A stretch of 12,698 nt of DNA, from the UHGV virus genome UHGV-0271890; one strand, written 5' to 3'. Position numbers and translations under genes: made by a program. Every line of letters starts with the position of its first letter. Positions within the stretch are counted from its first letter, which is position 1. Positions 1-5,249 of this stretch are shown here, one piece after another. The notes beneath the pieces are model-generated. The model was not told where the DNA came from and searched no databases. It saw only the letters and a list, made by a program, of their open reading frames with translations. Origin of the DNA: a virus.

Positions 1-208
1 GATGAGGGATTGGAAGACCTCACTGGTGTTTAGCCTATCAAGCTACTGCCAGAAAAACATTGTCGTTTGCATTTATTTTAAATTTGCAAAATAGACGCTA
101 CGCAACGAAAACTATTCAGAATATGTACAACAAATTTCCCCACATTGTGTTACGTCTAACGCTCATGTATTGGTGTTTGAATTATACATATTATGAAGTA
201 TTTTAGTT

Positions 209-237
209 ACTATAAAGTAGTCACATCTCAGTGTCAA
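209..237 (-). promoter_or_regulatory. Candidate sigma70-type promoter, leftward
   Basis: On the minus strand: TTGACA (plus 232-237), 17-nt spacer, TATAGT (plus 209-214). Confidence 0.3.
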
Positions 238-252
238 CAACTTTATTGAAAT

Positions 253-328
253 TGGTACTGGTAGGTGGAATCGAACCACCGATGTTCCCTTATCAGGGGA
301 GTGTTATAACCTTCTTAACTATACCAGC
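253..328 (-). tRNA. tRNA-Ile (anticodon GAU)
   Basis: Minus-strand cloverleaf folded by hand: acceptor GCTGGTA/TACCAGT (G1:U72 wobble), D-stem GTTA/TAAC, anticodon loop CTGATAA, T-arm GGTGG-TTCGATT-CCACC, discriminator A, CCA encoded (plus TGG 253-255). Confidence 0.85.
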
Positions 329-329
329 T

Positions 330-406
330 TGGAGGTTCAGATGGGAATCGAACCAACATTCATAGGGTTTATGAGACCCTTGCATTACCTTATCTGCGAC
401 TGAACC
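330..406 (-). tRNA. tRNA-Met (anticodon CAU; elongator vs initiator vs Ile2-lysidine not resolvable)
   Basis: Acceptor GGTTCAG/CTGAACC perfect; anticodon stem AGGGT/ACCCT with loop CTCATAA; T-loop TTCGATT with one internal T-stem mismatch; discriminator U; CCA encoded. Confidence 0.8.
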
Positions 407-411
407 ATTTT

Positions 412-487
412 TGGTAGAAGTGGAGGGATTCGAACCCATCGCCTGTCAGATTAAAAGTCTGCCGCATCACCATTCTGCTACACTTCC
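412..487 (-). tRNA. tRNA-Lys (anticodon UUU), non-canonical T-stem
   Basis: Acceptor GGAAGTG/CACTTCT (G1:U72), D-loop AATGGTGA, anticodon loop CTTTTAA on stem GCAGA/TCTGA, T-loop TTCGAAT flanked by only 3 GC pairs (ATGGG/CCCTC has two mismatches); CCA encoded. Confidence 0.65.
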
Positions 488-491
488 ATTA

Positions 492-635
492 AATTATCTT
501 TGTAGATAAGCTACCCAGACTTGCTTAAGGTCTGTAGCGATGTGCCTTTTTGGGTTTAAATCTAGAATTTACCCTTTCACCCTTTGTGGTCGCATACTCA
601 CAGGTAAGCTTAATAACTTATCTACAAAGATAATT
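492..635. repeat. 19-bp perfect inverted repeat enclosing 106 bp
   Basis: AATTATCTTTGTAGATAAG at 492-510 is the exact reverse complement of CTTATCTACAAAGATAATT at 617-635; each arm is also a local hairpin (TTATCT-NNNN-AGATAA). Confidence 0.8.
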
Positions 636-636
636 A

Positions 637-770
637 CCAGACCGTTGTTTATCATCTTAAGTGCTACCATTACACCAACTCGACATCTGCCGAGTGAAGG
701 AATCGAACCTTCGCCTTTTCTTTACCGAGAAATAGATTGTTTAAGTTTTGCTGTAAACGGTCTTCTGTAA
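637..770 (-). ncRNA. Candidate Y-RNA-like / permuted tRNA-mimic RNA
   Basis: Minus-strand order is T-arm GAAGG-TTCGATT-CCTTC (plus 696-712), then a closed 7-bp acceptor-like hairpin ACTCGGC-AGAT-GTCGAGT (plus 678-695), then a D-arm-like GTGT-AATGGTA-GCAC (plus 661-675). All sit inside an 8-bp long-range stem (plus 639-646 with 756-763). No canonical cloverleaf is possible. Confidence 0.45.
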
Positions 771-780
771 ATTTGTTGAG

Positions 781-856
781 CCAGACCAAGTTTTAAATTT
801 TTCAAAATTAAATTGGTTTGAAATTTTAAGTATCTTGCTGTATTTGGTCTTCTGCT
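781..856 (-). ncRNA. Stem-bounded structured element, family member
   Basis: Conserved CCAGACC...GGTCTTCTG flanks with 7-bp closing stem AGACCAA/TTGGTCT (783-789 with 844-850); conserved sense-strand 5' motif CAGAAGACC-NNNT-ACAGCAA; internal AT-rich hairpin. Confidence 0.4.
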
Positions 857-915
857 CCTTTAAAGGATACTCGTAAGAACCCTTTAAGGGAGGGGCTAAA
901 TAGCCCTCTCAAAAT

Positions 916-993
916 TGGCGGTTACGAAGGGATTTGAACCCTCATCATCTCCCGTGACAGGGGAGTATTTTAACCAAATTAAACTACATAACC
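916..993 (-). tRNA. tRNA-Asp (anticodon GUC)
   Basis: Acceptor GGTTATG/CGTAACC, D-stem GTTT/AAAT, anticodon stem CTCCC/GGGAG with loop CTGTCAC, T-arm GAGGG-TTCAAAT-CCCTT, discriminator G, CCA encoded. Confidence 0.88.
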
Positions 994-998
994 TTTAT

Positions 999-1086
999 TG
1001 GTGTGCCGTGTAGGAGTCGAACCTACCGAGTCTCAATGACAAGGGATTTACAGTCCCCACCGCTACCATCTACGGGATAACGACAC
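999..1086 (-). tRNA. tRNA-Tyr (anticodon GUA), class II with long variable arm
   Basis: Acceptor GTGTCGT/ACGGCAC (one U:G), anticodon stem GGGGA/TCCCT with loop CTGTAAA, ~15-nt variable arm with GTC/GAC stem, T-arm GTAGG-TTCGACT-CCTAC, CCA encoded; 5' end and D-arm register uncertain. Confidence 0.75.
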
Positions 1087-1095
1087 ATTTAAATT

Positions 1096-1172
1096 TGGCG
1101 GTTAGTCAGGGATTCGAACCCTGTGCCATTCGCTTAACAGGCGACCGCACATACCTTATGTGCTTCCTAACC
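1096..1172 (-). tRNA. tRNA-Asn (anticodon GUU)
   Basis: D-arm GCAC-ATAAGGTAT-GTGC perfect, anticodon loop CTGTTAA, T-arm CAGGG-TTCGAAT-CCCTG, acceptor GGTTAGG/ACTAACC with 7:66 G:A mismatch, discriminator G, CCA encoded. Confidence 0.78.
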
Positions 1173-1183
1173 TTAATACATTG

Positions 1184-1250
1184 CCAGACCGTGTTTTTTT
1201 TTTTTCTTTTATCCGCAAAAAGTATTTTGTTGCTGAATACGGTCTTCTGC
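1184..1250 (-). ncRNA. Stem-bounded structured element, family member
   Basis: Closing stem AGACCGT/ACGGTCT (1186-1192 with 1239-1245) covaries with the other copies; contains a 13-nt homopolymer T-run (plus) and an internal hairpin. Confidence 0.4.
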
Positions 1251-1255
1251 AAATT

Positions 1256-1332
1256 TGGAGGCGGGTGCAGGAGTCGAACCTGCCGATACCATGCTAATGA
1301 GACATGTGAGACGCCCTTTCTCTATACCCGCA
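1256..1332 (-). tRNA. tRNA with CAU anticodon (second Met-type; possibly Ile2/lysidine or initiator)
   Basis: T-arm GCAGG-TTCGACT-CCTGC, acceptor 3' strand ACCCGCC pairing TGCGGGT (1:72 mismatch), anticodon stem CATGT/GCATG with loop CTCATTA (U37 unusual), CCA encoded; 5' boundary uncertain. Confidence 0.6.
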
Positions 1333-1343
1333 ATTCTTAATGA

Positions 1344-1417
1344 CCAGACCAAATCTCTTCTTTGTCCGATTTACCTTCAGATGAATAAGATTAAGTTTGC
1401 TGTAATTGGTCTTCTGT
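1344..1417 (-). ncRNA. Stem-bounded structured element, family member
   Basis: Closing stem AGACCAA/TTGGTCT (1346-1352 with 1406-1412); same conserved flanks; abuts the CCA end of tRNA-Glu. Confidence 0.4.
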
Positions 1418-1423
1418 CAAAAC

Positions 1424-1501
1424 TGGCGTTCCAGAAGGGATTTGAACCCTCAGATATCCACTTTGAAAGAGTGGTGACTTTACCATTTTGTCTACTGGAA
1501 C
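1424..1501 (-). tRNA. tRNA-Glu (anticodon UUC)
   Basis: Acceptor GTTCCAG/CTGGAAC perfect, anticodon stem CCACT/AGTGG perfect with loop CTTTCAA, T-arm GAGGG-TTCAAAT-CCCTT, discriminator G, CCA encoded. Confidence 0.88.
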
Positions 1502-1508
1502 ATTAATT

Positions 1509-1585
1509 TGGTCTCTGTTGGAGGACTTGAACCTCCGGCCTTACCGCCCCAAACGGAACGCTCTACCAAGCTGAGCTAAACAGAG
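1509..1585 (-). tRNA. tRNA-Pro (anticodon UGG)
   Basis: Acceptor CTCTGTT/AACAGAG perfect (C1:G72), D-arm GCTC-AGCTTGGTA-GAGC, anticodon loop TTTGGGG, T-arm GGAGG-TTCAAGT-CCTCC, CCA encoded. Confidence 0.85.
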
Positions 1586-1611
1586 ATAAACTTTTCAAAC
1601 TCTATGTAACC

Positions 1612-1641
1612 ACTTTAACATTATTTTTTAGTGATTGTCAA
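1612..1641 (-). promoter_or_regulatory. Candidate promoter for the tRNA array
   Basis: On the minus strand: TTGACA (plus 1636-1641), 18-nt spacer, TAAAGT (plus 1612-1617), about 25 nt upstream of the tRNA-Pro 5' end. Confidence 0.45.
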
Positions 1642-1710
1642 GAACTTTTTTAAAATATTTTTCAGTATCTTAGAAAAGCTCTCGTTTCGTTTCTATGTAG
1701 AACATATTAA

Positions 1711-1745
1711 AGGGTATCAAACACATTGTCAATACCCTTTTTGAA
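1711..1745. terminator. Hairpin terminator just downstream of the vWA gene stop
   Basis: AAGGGTAT...ATACCCTT 8-bp stem, followed on the plus strand by TTTTTGAAACTTTTT and preceded by an A-run on the minus strand; direction ambiguous, possibly bidirectional. Confidence 0.45.
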
Positions 1746-1750
1746 ACTTT

Positions 1751-3166
1751 TTACCAGATGTAACGGTCAATCATTACTGCTTTGAGCATTACGCTGATTG
1801 GGTCAAACTTCTCACCACCAAGCAGAGCTTTTAAAGTGGCTGGAGAGAAACCAGATACCATTGCTACACCGTTATCCTTAACAGATACTTCGCAAGTACC
1901 ACTACGGTTTGCTAAGTACCAGAATACCAGTTGTGGCATTTCGTATCCAGCTTTTTTGTACTTACTACGAATTGCTTCAAAGTTTGTACGACCGTTAGCT
2001 CCATCAACCTGATTGAACTCCATATCGGAGAAGATGATAAGCTTACTTGGCATATCTTTCTGAGTCAAGTTGTTTCTTTTACCTGTCTCAAGAATACGGT
2101 CAAAAGCAGCTTGTAAGTTAGTTGAGCCATATTCAACGTGTCGCATCACCTGACGATGACGGTTTCGTAAATCACCACTCAGTTCGATGAAGTGAGGGTT
2201 TGTTGAATAAACCATCAACTCATTCTTAAAGCAACCTGTATTACGTTCTGCTACATACAATGCAAGTGAAACACCAATATCAAGAGCAGTAATTGAACCA
2301 AAATTCACCCAAGACATTGAGCTTGAAACATCAGACATACACAAGATGTTTTCACCCTCTGCCATCCAGTTTGGTAGTGCTTTCCACTGCTCATTAGCAA
2401 CATCTGCATTACCATGCTTAACAGATTTAATTACATCGTATGGGTAAACAGCACCAGCATTAATCTTAGTCTCACCCTTTGATAAGGACTCGATGTAAGC
2501 TTTGTAGCGTTCTCCATCTTTACGGTTAAACAGTTTTTGGTAACGTGCAGCAGCAAGTGAAGGAATCTTACTGTAGTCAATCTTACCAAACTCATTAGCA
2601 GAGATTTTTTGCTCAACTGTATCAGATAGTGCAGACAACAGTGTGCGGTACTCTTTCTCACTCAAGTTGGCAAACTTGCAGAAACGTTTTACAAACTGCT
2701 TATGACGTGGTTTGACTCGTGGTAACCACTTAGCTGCCAAACCTGCTGTTGCAGGGTCTAGTAATGCTGCTTCTAAATGTTTGAAGGCATCTGTCTCGAA
2801 ACGAGTACCTACGAAGATTTTGAAGTCATCAAAACGACCAAGTTCTGCAATCTTATCCATAATGCGAAGAACCTGTGTAGGCTCTAAAACTTTATCTTCA
2901 ATTGCTTGAAGCAAAACAGTTCTGAAGGCTTTACGCTCACCCATACCTTCTCGTACATCTCGCATGTGAAGCAAAATACGAACTGCAACATCAACATCCT
3001 CACGCAAAGCTTTGTAGAACAGGTCTGGTAAGATTTCTACATTGCTACGGCTCGAACCAGCAGATTTGTAAAAGTCTACAAGAGCAGACATTGATGAAGT
3101 ATGGTTTACAGCACCATTTTCAGTTCGACCTGCATGAAGGTGCGCATGTTTAAATAATTCGCTCAT
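1751..3166 (-). CDS. vWA (MIDAS) domain protein, 471 aa; possibly Ro60/TROVE-like or DUF2828-like
   Basis: Long ORF with RBS; MIDAS motif D-x-S-x-S (ILCMSDVSSSMS, ~nt 2300-2340) followed by predicted alpha/beta segments; N-terminal ~270 aa likely helical. Family assignment is from memory. Confidence 0.8.
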   Translation of the reverse strand: MSELFKHAHLHAGRTENGAVNHTSSMSALVDFYKSAGSSRSNVEILPDLFYKALREDVDVAVRILLHMRDVREGMGERKAFRTVLLQAIEDKVLEPTQVLRIMDKIAELGRFDDFKIFVGTRFETDAFKHLEAALLDPATAGLAAKWLPRVKPRHKQFVKRFCKFANLSEKEYRTLLSALSDTVEQKISANEFGKIDYSKIPSLAAARYQKLFNRKDGERYKAYIESLSKGETKINAGAVYPYDVIKSVKHGNADVANEQWKALPNWMAEGENILCMSDVSSSMSWVNFGSITALDIGVSLALYVAERNTGCFKNELMVYSTNPHFIELSGDLRNRHRQVMRHVEYGSTNLQAAFDRILETGKRNNLTQKDMPSKLIIFSDMEFNQVDGANGRTNFEAIRSKYKKAGYEMPQLVFWYLANRSGTCEVSVKDNGVAMVSGFSPATLKALLGGEKFDPISVMLKAVMIDRYIW

Positions 3167-3200
3167 ATTTTACTCTCTTCTCTCATTTTGTTTGTTGATG

Positions 3201-3236
3201 TGACAGACTTTAGAGCAACTTTGTAGAGTCTGTCAA
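3201..3236. promoter_or_regulatory. 9-bp perfect inverted repeat between the two minus-strand genes
   Basis: TGACAGACT ... AGTCTGTCA separated by 18 bp; candidate operator or attenuator hairpin. Confidence 0.35.
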
Positions 3237-3248
3237 CACCTTTTAAAA

Positions 3249-3620
3249 TTATTTTTTGAGAGTCGCTACAGCAGAGAACGTTGGTTTGTTATCTGTCTGA
3301 GATTGACCACCACTATCAGGGGTCTTCTTAGTGTCTGCTGCAAGTGCTTTCATCTCACCTGCTGAGTGAGTAAAGATAGTTTTACCGACCTCAATCATAC
3401 TCTTGATGGTTACGTCATCTGTGTTTAACCCGAACTCTGCAAGCTTAGCCGCGTCCCTTGTAACAATCGCCTCAAACAACTTTGCAGCAAACTCAGCAGA
3501 ATTATCAATGGTCAGTTGAGCTTTTACAAGTGAGCTTTTGTTACGAGAGCCTTTTGGTCTTCCAGATGGGTTTCCAGACTGGCCTTTTTTAAACTGGCCT
3601 TTGTTTGTTCTGTTTTTCAT
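3249..3620 (-). CDS. GNPxGRPKG-motif basic protein, 123 aa (DUF5681-like, probable nucleic-acid binding)
   Basis: ORF with RBS AAGAGG 7 nt upstream of ATG; N-terminal KKGQSGNPSGRPKGSRNK motif recalled from phage proteins; upstream of and co-oriented with the vWA gene. Confidence 0.75.
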   Translation of the reverse strand: MKNRTNKGQFKKGQSGNPSGRPKGSRNKSSLVKAQLTIDNSAEFAAKLFEAIVTRDAAKLAEFGLNTDDVTIKSMIEVGKTIFTHSAGEMKALAADTKKTPDSGGQSQTDNKPTFSAVATLKK

Positions 3621-3795
3621 TGGTATGCCTCTTATAAGACCTCTTAAAAGGCTTTTAAGATAAAAGATAGATATCCAGAAAGATATCTGTTTAAATAGCC
3701 TTTTTAGAGGAACCTTTTAAGTTATCTTCTAAGTATTTATAAGCCTACACCTTGTCAAGTACTTTGTCAACAACTTTTTTAACTTGCAATAGTTC

Positions 3796-3824
3796 TTGAC
3801 TTGTTGTATGGATTGCTGTACCAT
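3796..3824 (+). promoter_or_regulatory. Candidate sigma70-type promoter for the plus-strand operon
   Basis: TTGACT (3796-3801), 17-nt spacer, TACCAT (3819-3824), in the divergent intergenic region with tandem TTGTCAA-like repeats. Confidence 0.4.
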
Positions 3825-3869
3825 CTTACTTAAAGCTGTAGGTCTGCCTTGTTCTACAAAGGAGACTTA

Positions 3870-4031
3870 ATGAGAAAATCAAATAAACCGAAGAAAGGTA
3901 AGAATACCAATCACTGTAAGGAATCAAAAAGGGTAGAATTAATCTACTATTCGTCCTCTGAAATTGGTCTGTACCTGTTCTTTCAAAATTACAGAAGACA
4001 AGAGGATTATCTATGTGTAGTTCCCAATTAG
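3870..4031 (+). CDS. Small lysine-rich hypothetical protein, 53 aa
   Basis: ATG at 3870 preceded by AAGGAG; the ORF-track start at 3849 is a TTG without RBS. Confidence 0.4.
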   Translation: MRKSNKPKKGKNTNHCKESKRVELIYYSSSEIGLYLFFQNYRRQEDYLCVVPN

Positions 4032-4246
4032 AAATCGCAGATATTATAGATTTATATCAAACTGCAAAGAGTCATGGCTATATAACCTCAATTGGAAAGA
4101 ATAGTCACTATGATGCTTTGACTGGAATGTATTTCAGGGCAATGGCTCAATCTAGTGAACAACACTTAATGGTTTCTTCCAGTGAGTTTACTTCGTTTCT
4201 CTATTGCAGCAAAATTATAAATCGCAGGAGAACTGAAAAATGTTAA
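4013..4246 (+). CDS. Hypothetical protein, 77 aa
   Basis: ATG preceded by AGAGGA; overlaps neighbours by a few codons. Confidence 0.45.
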   Translation: MCSSQLEIADIIDLYQTAKSHGYITSIGKNSHYDALTGMYFRAMAQSSEQHLMVSSSEFTSFLYCSKIINRRRTEKC

Positions 4247-4830
4247 CAGTAAGTTTTAATTACAATAGTGATGGCTCTGTATCAATTAATTCGCCATATG
4301 CAAATGACCTACTTAAAGAGCTAGTCAATCAGTGTGATAGAGGTCTTCACTATGTTCAAAATTCTTTTAAACAGAAGACTATTGCTAATAACTTGATGCG
4401 TGTAACAGTAACGGCATCGAATCCAAATTATGACTTTGATAGTGAAAGTCCGTACTCATTAGTTGCGCTTGGAGAGAGCAGCCAATTCAAACTTGTTTGC
4501 CACGACTCAGAAACATTCCTTAAGGTATTTTCCAACCTTATTCATAATAATAAGTACAGCTACGTCGATGGTAGTGTAAATTTCTATCCAGCAAACTATA
4601 CATGTTTGTTGGTTGATAATATGAGAAAAAGTAAGCAAGAGCCTACAGAAATTTCATTTGATGTAAACTCTAGCCCAGACGCAGAAACAAGTAAGAACTT
4701 TGATATGAGCTACGCATTGTCACTCAGTAAGAAATCCGAGTTCATTGATTATGTCAATGGATTTGGTTTTAAGTTTGATGAGAGTATGAATCTTAAAAAA
4801 CTTAAGAACCTACTTAAGACCAAAGCTTAA
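4240..4830 (+). CDS. Hypothetical protein, 196 aa
   Basis: ORF with AGGAG RBS; followed by hairpin terminator. Confidence 0.75.
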   Translation: MLTVSFNYNSDGSVSINSPYANDLLKELVNQCDRGLHYVQNSFKQKTIANNLMRVTVTASNPNYDFDSESPYSLVALGESSQFKLVCHDSETFLKVFSNLIHNNKYSYVDGSVNFYPANYTCLLVDNMRKSKQEPTEISFDVNSSPDAETSKNFDMSYALSLSKKSEFIDYVNGFGFKFDESMNLKKLKNLLKTKA

Positions 4831-4838
4831 GTGTGAAT

Positions 4839-4865
4839 AGGGGCTGATGCCCCTTTAACTATTTA
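4839..4865 (+). terminator. Rho-independent terminator-like hairpin
   Basis: AGGGGC-TGAT-GCCCCT stem-loop followed by a T-rich tract. Confidence 0.5.
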
Positions 4866-4877
4866 TAAGGATATTTA

Positions 4878-5249
4878 ATGAAAGCTAAGAGTGCAAAAGA
4901 CTTTTATTGCTTCCTACAATCCTATATCAATTCCGTGCAAAATGGTGAAAGGTACAACCTTAATGATGTTATCCCAACACCTTTGACATGGAGACTCAGC
5001 AAATGGCCTGAAGAAGATATTACACCAACAAGCGAACAGTGTACCTACAAACCTGAAATCAATATTCCAGATTCTGAGAACCTATTATACCCAATGTTCC
5101 ATATTGTTGGACTTGGAAGATTCCTTATGGATATCCAGTATGTAATTGGTAAAGGTTATAAGGTTAAAGGTATTGTTGTTGGTGATGTATCTCCGCATCA
5201 CAAAGGTTATTTTAGACTAAACGCACATTTAGAGGCTAAAAAGAAATGA
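4878..5249 (+). CDS. Hypothetical protein, 123 aa, paralog of the N-terminal domain of the next gene
   Basis: ORF with AAGGA RBS; shares a conserved block with the 5246..6379 product (FMDIQYVI vs FMDLQYAI, plus shared residues around W-P-E-x-D-I and Y-K-P). Confidence 0.75.
   Translation: MKAKSAKDFYCFLQSYINSVQNGERYNLNDVIPTPLTWRLSKWPEEDITPTSEQCTYKPEINIPDSENLLYPMFHIVGLGRFLMDIQYVIGKGYKVKGIVVGDVSPHHKGYFRLNAHLEAKKK

Noticed and set aside
696-712. T-arm as part of a standard tRNA gene
   Set aside because: No 5' acceptor strand or anticodon arm exists at the right distance; the acceptor-like helix is closed by a tetraloop, so a canonical tRNA cannot be folded. Reported as a tRNA-like ncRNA instead.
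540-770. 76-aa plus-strand ORF
   Set aside because: Lies entirely within the tRNA/structured-RNA region on the opposite strand from the tRNAs, has no RBS, and overlaps the inverted repeat and tRNA-like module; almost certainly spurious.
1095-1506. 81-aa and 83-aa plus-strand ORFs (1095..1340, 1255..1506)
   Set aside because: They run antisense through tRNA-Asn, the second CAU tRNA and tRNA-Glu, and include a 13-nt homopolymer T-run; no RBS; spurious.
1782-2909. Antisense ORFs inside the vWA gene (1782..2012, 1931..2116, 2431..2661, 2712..2909)
   Set aside because: Short, lack RBS, and are fully contained in a much longer, well-supported ORF on the other strand.
3849-3869. ORF-track start at 3849 (TTG)
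   Set aside because: No RBS; the downstream ATG at 3870 has a consensus AAGGAG.
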